Below, one piece after another: positions 12,731 through 28,390 of a stretch of 64,000 bases of DNA. Positions within the stretch are counted from its first letter, which is position 1; every line of letters starts with the position of its first letter. The stretch is from the human T2T-CHM13v2.0 reference genome, Homo sapiens, in the NCBI RefSeq assembly GCF_009914755.1, contig NC_060934.1; one strand, 5' to 3'. A program made the translations under genes and the position numbers. The notes under the pieces are model-generated. The model did not search any database, was not told the origin of the DNA, and saw only the letters and a list, made by a program, of their open reading frames with translations.

Positions 12731-14735
12731 AAGTTAGCAAGACCTGTTTGTTCAGAGTGTTCTCTGTGTCCCTGTGTCTGCAGAGATAAAGACAGGTATA
12801 GAGTGGGAACTTCTCAGATGAAGGTCTTATTACCTGTTTCAGGGGAGAAGGGTGAGAAGGAGGTGAAAGAGACCTTCCTGCTTCTGCTGTTTCCTCAAAT
12901 GTCAGCGTATCGTATATGGAGCAGTGTGTTCTGAACTCCATCCACACAAACACCCAAACTCATGGACTGCTCCAAAAACTACTTGGTCACAGCTCCAAAA
13001 GTTCTGTTTAATGGCTAAAAATATACTGTTTTCAAATAGTTATAATAGAAAAGAATTCTTTTCTGATGAAATCTAAAGAAGCTACATCTATTCCAAAAAA
13101 TCAATCCGTGAATACAATTTGAAAATGTCTTTCTTCCACTAAAAGCAACAAGATAAAACTAAGGTTTTACTCATGCATATAAATGAAAAGTAAAAAGCCC
13201 TTTGGTTTTCTTAATTTTCTCCATTCTCTAGATATGACAATGAGTGGCCAACAGTTTTTTCCTTTTTCCCTTTTAAAGAAAATGCTGTTTCTTTTGTTTT
13301 GTCATTTTTTTTTCTGTATTGCTTCTGAAAAGTTCCAAAACCCTGAGAATATGCCAAACAAAAGTGGAAATTTTGCTCCCAGTTTCCTAGACTTTGAAAG
13401 ATGGTGTTTAAGGCTCTGATTCCTTTGTCTATGTTTGCCAACCTTTCTTCTATTCTGAATGTTCTCTGACACACCTGTCCCAGTGATTCTGTGCACCTCA
13501 GGACTGCGTTTCTGTATTAACCAGAAACTCTTGGACAACAGGTCCAATGCAACTGTGAGGCATATCCAAACCAGCCCCACCCCAGCCCATAGTGCAAAAT
13601 TCCTGAGGCCACAGAGCAAGTAATAACAGACACCTGATTTGCTCTCCTCTAAGTTCAAAACCTTTTTAAAAACCGTTTGAACCCTCAAATCTTTAATTAA
13701 AAATAGAAATAAAACTTATGTTAATCTTTAAATTAAAAATAGAAGAAAAGTTGTTCTCCTGTTTGAACTGCTCTAGACGGTATCACTGAGCTTCTGGAAC
13801 AGAATCCTAAGTGTGCATGCAGTTGGAGCAGAAACAGGGCAGGTATGGAAGCTTGCAGCATAGACAATGTGATCTGTAGTGTTTCCTGAGCATGTGTTGA
13901 ACACAAGTGAACAGTACGCGGGGTTATGAAGACATTTTTCTTATGCTAAGTGCCAGAACAGTGAGCAAGGGAAGAAAATTCTAGCACTTATCTTTACATG
14001 TTAAACATTATGTGATGGAGGCTGTTTTTATAAAGGTTAGCCTAGTCTAGGTGGTTGACTCTGATGTAGTTTCATCCTGTATCATGTAATCTCAGATTTC
14101 TGAACAAGCTCTCCTGCAAATATGGGTGAGAGACCAATCTGAGGATTGTGTCTCATCAACCAGTGGAACTTACCCTCTCACTACACCCCCTCCCCTCTTT
14201 CATCATTTATTTGCAAAACAACTCTGAAGAACTTATCATCTGATAATCACACTAAGAATTCACTTAAAAGGGATTATAGTATCCTAGAAAATAGATTCTT
14301 CTCTCTGCTTCAAATAGTCTACTTACAGCTTATTCAGAGTTCACTTATATGAGTGACCCATTTACTTTTTATTTTTTATTTTTCCAGAAAGAATTTTTAT
14401 TATCTTCCCTATTGCATAGATACCATCACTAAAGGTAGAAATAACAAGTCATAATATTCTTACAGCAACCAAAGGATTCCTAGAGCAAATGAGGGTTTCA
14501 AATCTACAGTTAATGAAACAAAGGCTTGTGCTACAATTAGGTTCAATAATACTATAATAGAGTTTTAGGGCTTGACGGATTCCTAGAGTCCATTTTGTTC
14601 AACCTTATTTTACAGCGAGGGAAAAACTGAGGCCCAGTGGAGCAAAGTGATTTGCCCCAGGTCTTTTTTATAAACTCCCGGCAATGCTGATTCAGAATAC
14701 AGGTCTCAGCACTCCCAAGGAAGTTATTTTCCTAC

Positions 14736-15897
14736 TGAAACCACCGTTGCAAAAGTTATGACAGTGAGGAAAATTTGACATAGGAAAATCATGACAGTAA
14801 AATAAATCTGACCTAACCAACTCTATCTTGCTTCTAATCTCTGAGCTGCCCTTGTTTGTTCCTGGGCATAGGCAGAACTAACTTTGGGAGGAATTTAGTT
14901 TTTAGTTTAACTTTGCAACAAAGATGATAACAGCCCCTCCCCAAACAAACCCCCTCCTTACTTGGTAACCAGACCACCTTTGTAAAACCAACAAATTAGC
15001 CACAAGATTAGAAGTTATGGCCCAGAAGTCATGCAGCCTGTGTTAAGCCATTCTTGCATTGCTATAAAGAAATACTGGAGGCTGGGTAATTTATAAAGAA
15101 AAGAGGTGTAATTGGCTCATGGTTCTGCAGGCTGTAGCAGCACAGCTCCAGCATCTGCTTCTGGTGAGGGCTCAGGAAACTTAGAATCATGGCGGAAGGT
15201 AAAAGGGGAGCAGGTATATCATATGGCAGGAGCAGGGGAGACGGGGGGGGTAGCACCACGAACTTTCAAACAACCAGATTTTGAGTGAACTCAGAGCGAG
15301 AACTCACTTATCACCAAAGGGATCCCATTCATGAGTGATCCACCCCCATGATCCAATCACCTCCCATCAGGCCCCACCTCCAACATTGGGAATCACATTT
15401 CAACATGAGATTCAGAGGGGACAAATATCCAAACCACATCACAGCTGGAAGTCACAAGATTACAAATCTCTCCAATTATTTCTATGGATACCATTACTAT
15501 TGTAATGGTAAGATTGGTGTTTGAGGTATTCTTCAGAACCTGAATTCCAATGGATCAGCGGGTGCCAACTAGCCCAGTAAACTGGCTCATCTGGTCTTGG
15601 GGTCCAAACCCAGGGGAACTGACTCAGTGCAAGGGGACAGCTTCAGCTCCTTATGATTTCATCCCCAAACCAACCCATCAGTGTTCCCCATTCCCTGGCA
15701 CCCTGCCCACCAAAGTGTCTTCAAAAGACCCTGGCTTCCAAAGTTTTGGGGAGGCTGATTTCAGTAATAATAAGAGACTCTGGTCTCTTGTTCAGCTGGC
15801 TCTATGTGTATTAAATTCTTTCTCTATTGCAATTCCTCTGTCTTGATCAATTCGCTCTATCTTGGCAGTGGGCAAGATGAACCTGGCAAGCAGTTCA
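14736..15897 (+). mobile_element. LTR8-family (LTR8A/B-like) solo LTR split by MST
   Basis: Starts tgaaaccaccgttgcaaaagttatgac; ends gggcaagatgaacc..cagttca. Confidence 0.75.
15039..15441 (-). mobile_element. MSTB-like MaLR LTR with TSD CAGCY
   Basis: cattcttgcattgctataaagaaatac...aaaccacatca; flanks CAGCC/CAGCT. Confidence 0.85.
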
Positions 15898-16542
15898 ATT
15901 ACTCCTGAGGGAGGAGTGAAGAGGACCAACCTGCTTCTCAACAGCAGAGAAAGTGTCTTCTTGTTCTGTGGCTTACACCAGAGCTTGTGCCCTCCCCACC
16001 CCACACCTCTCCTCCACTCTCCTCCAGCAGCCAGTACAGTCCTGGATCCCAAGAGTGTGTCTAACACCTCCTGGGTCACTGTGACTGCAGGGGTTAAATG
16101 CAAGGGCCAGGATCTCATCTTAGCCCTGCAGGATCTTAGCCATGAGAACAAGCCAGGTGCCTCTCTGGGCCTTGTTTTCTCACCTATGAACTGAAAGGTT
16201 GGGTCAGGGAGGGAGGACAGGTGCTGCTCGATCCCACCCACACCTAAGATAATTGAGGCTCAGGGAGGGTGTCACCTGCTCTGTTTTTACATAACCACAG
16301 AGTGGCAAAGCACAACAGAAATCTAGAGGCAGCCCTGACTCCAAATCACTCTTTCCTCTGCACCATGCTGCTGCTGCTACAGTGATTGATAAGGTCTTCT
16401 GCAGTTAGAGACAGAAGGCATAGGAGGAAAGCTAGGAGAAAGGGAGGAGGAGGAGAGGAAGAAAAGAAAGTTCACATCTATGACTTTGCATGTGCACAGA
16501 CCTTTGTACATCCCCTTACTAAGATAATTCATGATAAACCAT

Positions 16543-17391
<849 letters not shown>

Positions 17392-17443
17392 TTCTTATCA
17401 TTTCATCACTGGCACAATTGAAGAGAAAATAACTGTTATTTCA

Positions 17444-18085
<642 letters not shown>

Positions 18086-19853
18086 AAAAAGAAAATAACT
18101 TGTATTATAGTTAGACTCATGGTACTGTGTCCACATTACATATTTTGCCAAGAAGTTGAAATAATCTAGAGATCAAGGCAGATTATTGGCCTTGAGTTGT
18201 AACTACAGTGACCGCCTCTTTTGTCAGAAGCAGAGAAGGGTGTGTCCCATTCTCAGGACCAGCTCCTTGCCCTTTGTGACTTTTTATAATAATTCTCCCA
18301 CAGTCAGGGCAAATCAGAAACTGGCCAAGAAGAGGGGACTCTCTCAACACAGGGAGCAAGCAGTTTCTCTCTGACTGGAGTGTGTAAAACACGCTCCACG
18401 TAACACAGAGCAGCTCTTAAATCACTTAGATTTTCCTCTTTATGATGCCATTGCAAATTAGCTATTTTTTGCATTTGTAATTAGAACAGATGGAGAGGCC
18501 GTAGTTGGGGAGATAAATTTGCAGCAGTAACCAGGGCTGCGGCGGCCAGCGGCTGCTCCGTACTCCCTGCTGTGAGTCATCCAAGCGCCTCCCAGGAAGC
18601 AAAGGCTGCAGGACCCCCTCCTGTCTTACTTCTTTCTCATTTGGGGAGACTCCTCCTTCCCACCTACTGCGGAAAAACATCAAAAGTAGAACCTACAATT
18701 CTCGCAAATCCCCTCAGCTCCCATCTTTATCTGGCACGAATCACACGATCTCTGTCCATCAGAAATAAACACTGGGCATCGGTTTAAGAGTCACTAAAAT
18801 GAAGCATTTTCCTACAAGACCCAATCGTAAGTCAAGAAACGCTTCGGAGAGAGCTAAGGCTTATAGCTAATCCATCAACACCTCCTTTTGCCTGGAAAAC
18901 AAGTTCCGAGGAAACAATTGGCAAGTGTGTCCAAGCACAATGTCTGCCGCATGGTAGGTGTTTAATAAATACTCATGAGAGGATGCTTGGCTGGGAGGAT
19001 AAAATATATAGAAGTCGAAAGGTCATTTTGTTGGATGAAAGGTCGTTTTCTTGGATGAAGCTATTTCTGGAGAAGCTAATCAGTCCAGGGATCCTGCCAT
19101 CCTCAGCCGAGCCCCGGGGCCAGGCGAGACAGGTGGGCTGTCCCTGGAAGGTTCTGCTGTCGCTACCCCGATCCGGGCTGGACAACGGGGTACCCCTTTT
19201 CTTTCCCAGAGTGTCTGATCTGCTCTGAGAGCATGTCCAGCTGCAACCAAGAAATTGGAAGGCTTCAGCACATGAAAGGTGAACTTTCCAAAAGCCTTGG
19301 CTTCTTTCTCAACCGCGCAGGAAGAGGTTTATGTTTGGGATATTGGATAGCAGTTCGGGCCCGGTTAACACAGCTCTCCCACCACAAATCACCCCACTGC
19401 ATTCTCAGATGACACTGGCCATATAAGCGCCGCTGGGTTTGCAAGACAGTCTTTTGCTGAAATGTAAAACGAGGCTGGGGAACTGGATATAAGACATTGG
19501 CATGAGGATCTGGAACTGATCTGAGACCTACTTGGAATCCTGCTTTTGTTCTGCCTGCGTGAAAACATAATTTTGATTATATGGCATATGGATAATACCA
19601 CACGGGCCCTAACTACCATTCCTGTCCAACTTCAACCAGTCTGCAAAAAGTTGCTGACAGCCAACAGCTGAAGGAAGATCTTTCCACTGGTTGCAGAGAG
19701 CAGGTGTTTGTATGGTGAGGTCTTAGATGGGGTAGGACACGTTATGCTGTCTTTGTAAACTAAAACCTTGCATTTGTCACCATGTAGAGAAAACAACATT
19801 AAAAGAAATGAGTTTCTAAGAAAGAACAAACCATTCTCTGGAATTGGGTGGAA

Positions 19854-20166
19854 CTTTTTTTGGGGGGGTAGGATCTTGCTCTGTCACACAGGCTGGAGTG
19901 CAGTGGTGCAATCTTGCTCACTGCAACCTCTGCCTCCCAGGTTCAAGCAATTCTCCTACCTCAGCCTCCTGAGTAGCTGGGATTACAGGTGCACACCACC
20001 ACATCTGGCTAATTTTTTGTTTTTGTTTTTGTTTGTTTGTTTTTTAGTAGAGACGGGGTTTCACCATGTTGCGTAGGCTGGTCTTGAACTCCTGACCTCA
20101 AGTGATCCACCTGCCTCAGCCTCCCAAAGTGCTGGGATTGCAAGTGTGAGCCACCATGCCCGGTCT
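19854..20166 (-). mobile_element. AluS-type
   Basis: Full antisense Alu. Confidence 0.93.
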
Positions 20167-21412
20167 GGTTGAAATTTCTTGAGTATTCACCACCATATCC
20201 AGCAAAGGAAAGGAAAAATTTCGGCTTGCTGCTTATCAGTTGCTATTTCTTTCTGGATAATCTCTTTCAGATAAATAACTGACGTGGCAGACTTCCTTCT
20301 TCCCTGCATGGCCTCCTACCCAATTTCTCCCCAAGACGGCATCTGGTGACTAGGGGTCTGTAGACTACCAGGCCCCACGAAGAGACCAGTGAGAGAGAAC
20401 TGCTGGCATCTGGCCTTCCTTCAAGGAGGAAGGAAATACGATGTTGGTATCATAGTCCCAGCCATTTGCCTCTGTCCATAAATTCTGTGTGCTCTCCGGT
20501 TTCTCTGTTCTAACCCCAGGCTTCTGTCAGTCTGGTGACCCCCTCTCTAGGGGACACAGTAAGTTCTAGATTCCCTACAAACTCTACAAAGGATGTGAGA
20601 GCCAGGAGCAGTAACTGCCACAGGCCACTGGCCCAGACACTTCTCCCTGCCAAAGTTCTACGACAGCTCTCTGGCATGTGGAACTTGGCATGGAATGAAA
20701 CGCAGGCATCACGTGGTGTCCTGGGAGGCTCAGAGCTGTTCTGCCGCAGGGAGATACAGAATGAGAAATGATTGGCCAGGAATTACCACCAGGCAGCTGA
20801 TGACCCCTGAGTGGGCTTTCGCTCACCTTCCCTGAACCCCACCCCTCATACCCAGCTCTCTCTAACCCAAAGTTCAAGAGGAAATGGCCACACCCTCTCC
20901 TGGTATCAAACAGGCAGGTGCAAACTTGGAGCGCTGAGAAACACCAATTGCCCTCTGCAATTTAATGCACATTTAGCATAAAGCAGTGAAGGGCTTAGCT
21001 TTGGCTCCTGGGGCAGGAAACAAAATTTATGTAGCTAGATCATTTGCCTTTGGTGTATGCTTTATACTATTAATAAACTAGAATGGGCTCTGAGCTCTGT
21101 GCTCTCCAGTGATGTCTAGAAATATGTGGCCGAGGGTCACCGAGACCCTCTTCAGGTCCTGGTGCAGCCTTAAGATTTCCTACGATGATTTTACAGGCAC
21201 TTTTAAATTGCCACAATTTAAGGTTACTATTTCAGTGTCTGGAAGGCACGATGTCTGGAATTCATAATCTTCCCAGGAAGCTGGGACAATATATAAAACA
21301 AAATTCACAGACGTTCCCTCTTAGGTGGTGGCATTTCAGGTGATTTTGTTTTTATCTTTGTGCCTTTCTATATTAAGTTTTCTGTATCAAATATTATTAC
21401 ACTGACATGTAG

Positions 21413-21761
<349 letters not shown>

Positions 21762-21974
21762 GACAATGTTTTCATAAAGATGTTGTTTATGTTTACATGG
21801 AGTGGGTTTATTATTATTGTTTCAAATGAATTAATAAATATTTAAATTACTTTGCTTTAATTTATAGTGCTGTAAATAGCAACACACAAAAACTGCAGAA
21901 ATGATATTCTTTAGAATCTTCAATATTTAGAGAATAAAGGGGTCTGAGACCAAAAAATTTAAGAACAGTGATAT

Positions 21975-22280
21975 AGAGGATTCAATAGGATTTGGAGACA
22001 GAGGATCTACATTCAAGTTCTAGTTCTGTCACTTAACTGACATTAATTTCTGTTAAGTAACTTAAGTGCAGTCTCTGAAGTCAGACTGTCTGGGTCCCTC
22101 ATTTTAGCCTCGCTGTTTGCTGGCAGTGTGGCTTTGGGTGAACCATTTCGCTTCTGTCAATAGGGATGACAATAGCACCAGGTTGCTGCGTGCCTTAAAT
22201 GACATTAGATTTCTAAATGCTGACACCTATTATTAGAACACAGTAAGAGCCCAGTAAATGTTAGCAATTATTATTAGTCT
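21975..22280 (+). mobile_element. MIR fragments
   Basis: MIR-like blocks (ttcaagttctagttctgtcactta; aacacagtaag..cagtaaatgttagc). Confidence 0.6.
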
Positions 22281-22359
22281 GAAACATTTTTAAGTGGGAA
22301 AAAGGTCCTTCCTTTTTTATTATCTCATGGTTCAAAATAATTAATAATAAAGTGTGATT

Positions 22360-22664
22360 CTTTTTTCTTTTCTTTAGAGTTGAGGTCTTGCTCTGTTGCC
22401 CAGGCTTTAGTGCAGCGGCACAACCACGGCTCACTGCAGCCTCGACCTCCCAGGCTCAAGCAATCTCCCTGCCTCAGCTTCCCTAGTACCTGGGAGTACA
22501 GGTGCGTGCCACCTCGCCTGGCTAGTTTTTTCGAAGTTTTTTTTGTAGAGATGGGGGTCTCACTATATCGTCCAGGCTGGTCTCAAACTCCTGGGCTCAA
22601 GCAATCCTCCCACCTCGGCCTCCCAAACTGTTGGAATTACAGGCGTGAGCCACTACGCCTGACC
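22360..22664 (-). mobile_element. AluJ-type
   Basis: Antisense Alu with J diagnostics (ctcgacctcccaggctcaagcaatc). Confidence 0.92.
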
Positions 22665-23343
22665 GGTAGTGTGATTCTAAAGGGCCGGAAGTGATGACCA
22701 AATCCACTTTCTCCACCCTCCCCTCCTGCTTCCACGGGGAGGTATTGACATCAACACGTATTGTTTTTTTCTAGAAGGACGTGAGCAAGGCGAGTTGTGA
22801 ATCGAAGGCAACAGGAAAAGTATGAAGTGGGCAAGTTGGCACAGGTGTGTGGGGAGACACTGGGGAGACCCAGATAGCCTCAGGCACACAGATGCCTAAG
22901 ACCTCCTGGACCAGAGAGACTCCCAGCATCCCCCAGTTAAGCCCAAACCGGGCTCCTTCCCTGTCCCCCTATGTACCATAGGGTCCAAAAAGACACCGGT
23001 GTTCCACTGTCTCTGGAGCTGGCCAGTCCTGCAAAACGCAGCCTCCCCTTTCCCTGCCCTCCTCTTTTCCTCTTCTCCACGCCTCTGCTCTCTTCCTTTT
23101 CTCTCCTCCTGCCGCCCTCTCCAGTTTCCTTTTGCCCCTTCCGCCTTCTCAATTGCTTACCTTCTCCCCGACCGGCCTTCTCACTCCCATCTGGGGCTGG
23201 CAGTGCTCTTCTCTGTCCAACCAGTAATAACACATGAAGGCCTTCCAGGAACCTTAGTGAAGCCTGGAGTCAAGAGCCTCCAGGACCAGGCCTAGAGACC
23301 TGCCCGCCTCGTTGCTTAAAGGTGGACTATTCTGAGGCGTTGG

Positions 23344-23357
23344 GCGCCCCCTAGTGG
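23344..23357 (-). promoter_or_regulatory. CTCF core motif
   Basis: GCGCCCCCTAGTGG, reverse complement CCACTAGGGGGCGC, near-consensus CTCF site in unique, mildly CpG-enriched DNA. Confidence 0.75.
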
Positions 23358-23778
23358 TCCCTTCATGCCACCAATTCCCACAGGATCCATAACGATAACC
23401 TTTTTTACAGAGCGGAAGGTGTCTTTAGTTAGGCTAAGTGGAGACTGAAACAAGGACCTGGCCTAATAATGCACCAAAACTGTAGAAACCTTCTCTGATC
23501 CCTTACTTTCCAAAACATTTTTTATAAGAAGGTAGGTGGAATAAAAAGCAAGTTCAGCACGGAGCCAGTGCACTTCACAACAATGCTTAATTTGTCTAGA
23601 GCCCCCAGTAAGATGCACCAACTCAAAAGCAGGGTGAGACAGATGGCGGAGTCTATAGCAATGCAGAGATGATCCTGGGAAAAGCCATGGGCAGAAGAGA
23701 TGTCGATCCAGCAATAGTGGAGGCTTGACAAGGCCCTGGCACTTGCACCTGCTGATTTTTATTTAAGGACACTCAAGA

Positions 23779-24078
23779 GGCCAGGTGGCTCATGCCTGTA
23801 ATCCAAAAGCTGTGGTAGGCTGAGGCCAGAGGATTGCTTGAGCCCAGGAGTTCAAGAGCAGCCTGGGCAACATAGTCAGATCCCATTTCTACAAAAAAAA
23901 AATAAAGAAAGAAAGAAAATTAGCCAGGCATGCTGGTGCATACCTGTAGTCTCAGCTACTCAGGAGTCTGAGGTGGAAGGATCACTTGAGCCCAGGAGTT
24001 TGAGGCTGCAGTGAGCCATGATTGCACCACTGTGTCCCAGTCTGGGTGACAGAGCAAGAACTTGTCTCTAAAAAAAAT
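23779..24078 (+). mobile_element. AluJ-type
   Basis: Dimeric Alu, diverged. Confidence 0.92.
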
Positions 24079-25082
24079 TAAAATGCTCAGGAATAAATTT
24101 CTCTATTCTACGCATGACACACATTCCTCTGAAAAACTGCACTGTGACAGGCCACACAGCTACCTACTCAGGATGCCCCAGAAAAAGTCCCAGCCACAGA
24201 TTCTGTCTCCCTTAATGACTAGAGACCTCATTCTCTTTAAATGGCAGATTGTCCCAACCGCAAATCTCTTCTGCACAGTCAGCCTGGGATGCAAACAGAT
24301 TGCTTTAACGTGTAACTTTGAAAGTCAGGTTGTCATAACCTAGAACTCTGGGAAGCCTCATCATGAAATCATAAAAGCTTGTGTTTGGCTAAAGCAATGT
24401 GTTCATGTATCAGTAATTCATGCAATCCTGTACAAATGCAATTTTAACAGATGTTAGCACATACCTGAACTGGTGGAACATTTCCATTAATAACTGTCTG
24501 CTTGTTCCGGGAGGCTGGGGAGCCTTATCCTCATCTGCCGGCTTAAGTTCAGGTTAGGCTGGGGATAGAATTTCCATGTAGACATTTTTAAAGTAACAGT
24601 AGTAGACGCTTGAAAGTTTCTAGCAAATGGCAGGACATAAATATGCGACCAGCGTGACTGTTTTTGCACAGGTTCACCCACGCAGTAATTACTCCTCAGT
24701 CTTATTTGATACATGCTAATTCCTATCTTGTTCTAATTGATTTGTTTTCAGGTCCCTGGGTCTCATAGTGACAACAGTGAAACAAAGAAGAATGATGGCA
24801 TTTCCCAAAAAGGAACAACAGTTCCCACATGTGTCCAAGAGGAAGAACTGGCCATGGTTGGGGCAGGGTAGTAGTGGGTTAGGTGGTAGCAGTGTCTCCA
24901 TGTATAGGGAGAAGCCCAGGGCAGGTAGGCTTTGGCTGCCATCCTCTGGCACCGAAGTTCTCCTTAGCAATTGCCCATCTCATTAAGACAGAAACGCATG
25001 AGAAAGGGAGAAGACTGTCCTGGTCAGGCTGGGTGCACACACACTCTTCTGGCTATTGCTGGAGTTAAGGCCCAGAAAGATC

Positions 25083-25180
25083 TTTTTTTTTGAGATGGAG
25101 TCTCGCTCTGTCACCCAGGCTAGAGTGCAATGGCACAATCTCGGCTCACTGCAACCTCTGCCTCCTGGGTTCAAGTGATT
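25083..25180 (-). mobile_element. 5'-truncated Alu (about 90 bp) with TSD AGAAAGATCT
   Basis: Only the 3' end of the right arm; TSD at 25074-25083 and 25181-25190. Confidence 0.9.
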
Positions 25181-25181
25181 A

Positions 25182-25677
<496 letters not shown>

Positions 25678-26102
25678 TCAAGTGCTAATATTCTTCTGTC
25701 TGGAGTAACAAGGTTGTTGCAGTTCAAGAAATAATGTGTTCTATAGTATCTGGTTATCTGTCTCCGATGTGCCCTTTGTCATGGTTGGGTACTCAGCCAT
25801 GGGCTGTGCCCATGTTCAGGTGGCTCCTCAGAAGATTGGCTACTAACTACCCAATTTGCTGACACCATTATCTAATTGTAAGCAGTCAAGTAATTACTGA
25901 CGCCATTAACTAAGGCTTAGGAGTGGTGTTCCCAAACCACAAGCCACTTTAAAAGAGAAGTGGTCCTCAGTGTCCCAGCTATTAACTATGACCCTGTATT
26001 TGCTAACCTGGCTAGACTGCAGTACAGGAAGCTGAAATGTGCTCTCTGTACTCATAGCATGATTCAATTCAAGGCACCTGTTCTCACACTAGACTGACGG
26101 AG

Positions 26103-26280
26103 CAGCAGTTCTCACACTTCAGCGGGCATCAGAATCAGCTGGACGCTGATGATTCCTGGGCCCCATTTTCAGAAATAGCCATTCTATTAGGCCTGGGATG
26201 AGGCCTCAGAATTTGCACTGTTAACAAGCTCCAGGTGAGCCTGCTTCTCTGGTCTGGGGCCACGCTTTGAGAACCACTTG
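26103..26280. mobile_element. MER5A hAT DNA transposon
   Basis: cagcagttctcacactt...ctttgagaaccact terminal inverted repeats. Confidence 0.8.
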
Positions 26281-26310
26281 CCTAGAATCTGAAAAAAATC
26301 TCCCACTTAG

Positions 26311-26668
<358 letters not shown>

Positions 26669-26801
26669 TAGGACAGATGCTACTCAGTCCTGAAAAGTAA
26701 ACTATCACCTTGGCTTACAACTGAAAGAGATGTGCAGTTTTGTGAATTTCTGAATCAAAGTCTCTTTATTAATAACCCACGCAATTCCCATTTTAGCCTT
26801 C

Positions 26802-27106
<305 letters not shown>

Positions 27107-27118
27107 TAGCCTTCTTAA

Positions 27119-27242
27119 TGCCCTGGAGAGATTAGCACTAGAAACAAGAACACAAAATTGCAAAATGAATAACCTTCCGGTGCCCTGGAGAGATTAGCAC
27201 TAGAAACAAGAACACAAAATTGCAAAATGAATAACCTTCCGG
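27119..27242. repeat. Perfect 62-bp tandem duplication (2 copies)
   Basis: 27119-27180 is identical to 27181-27242, followed by TG microhomology. Confidence 0.97.
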
Positions 27243-27392
27243 TGACAGCTGTGACCACACTGAGGGCATTGGAGCCAAATAAAAGTATACTCAACTGCTT
27301 GTTTATCTCATTTTGGACTCTGCATATATTCAGTCAGTCGAAGCTCTGAGATGCCTGAGACAAGGAATGAAAAGTAAGGAATTAATATCTCA

Positions 27393-27727
<335 letters not shown>

Positions 27728-28102
27728 TACTTGCTGATGCAGAGTGAACTCTCCACTGGACCTTCCTCTTTCAGAACGCTCCAGAACAAAAGTTGGCAGC
27801 AGGCCCTGTGTGCTTGTATTCCCCAAACTCCAGAGAATTCATGTCAAGTATTCTAAAAAATTCTCCCACCACTCTTTAGTCTGGCTTGTTAAGCCTCTGG
27901 CCAGGGGATCAGAGGCAAGTCTCCCTTCTTGCAGGCACTCCAATTTCCATAAATTCTATGTTGGAGAAAAGGAGAGAACTTAAAGAAAATAATAAGGAAG
28001 GCAGGGTTTCCCAGAACACTTTTTACCTGATCAGGAAGTGGAATAGAATAAAAGTCCTCAGGAAAAGAACTAGGATATCATTTCCCTTCTCTAAAGGATA
28101 TT

Positions 28103-28390
28103 TTGTGGCTCATGGCTGTAATTCCAGCAATCTGGCAGGCTGAGGCAGAGGATCGCATGAGCCCAGGAGTTCAAAACCAGCCTGGGCAACACAGCAATAC
28201 CCATTTCTACAAAAAAAAAAAAAAAAAGCCAGACATGGTGGCATGCATCTGTGGTCCCAGCTACTCAGGAGGCTGAGGCGGGAGGATCACTTAAGCCCAG
28301 GAGCTGAAGGCTGCAGTGTGCTATGATGGCACCACTGCACTCCAGCCGGGGTGACAAAGAGAGACCATGTCTCAAAATAAATGAAAAAAT
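28103..28390 (+). mobile_element. AluJ-type
   Basis: Diverged dimeric Alu. Confidence 0.9.

Larger units (their letters stand above)
11397..12943 (-). mobile_element. MER31-like solo LTR (host of nested LTRs)
   Basis: Joining 11665 to 12735 restores sequence colinear with the 16543-17391 copy. Confidence 0.7.

Noticed and set aside
27119-27242. Repeat array resembling CRISPR or a VNTR
   Set aside because: Only two directly abutting copies with no spacers, in human DNA; a simple tandem duplication
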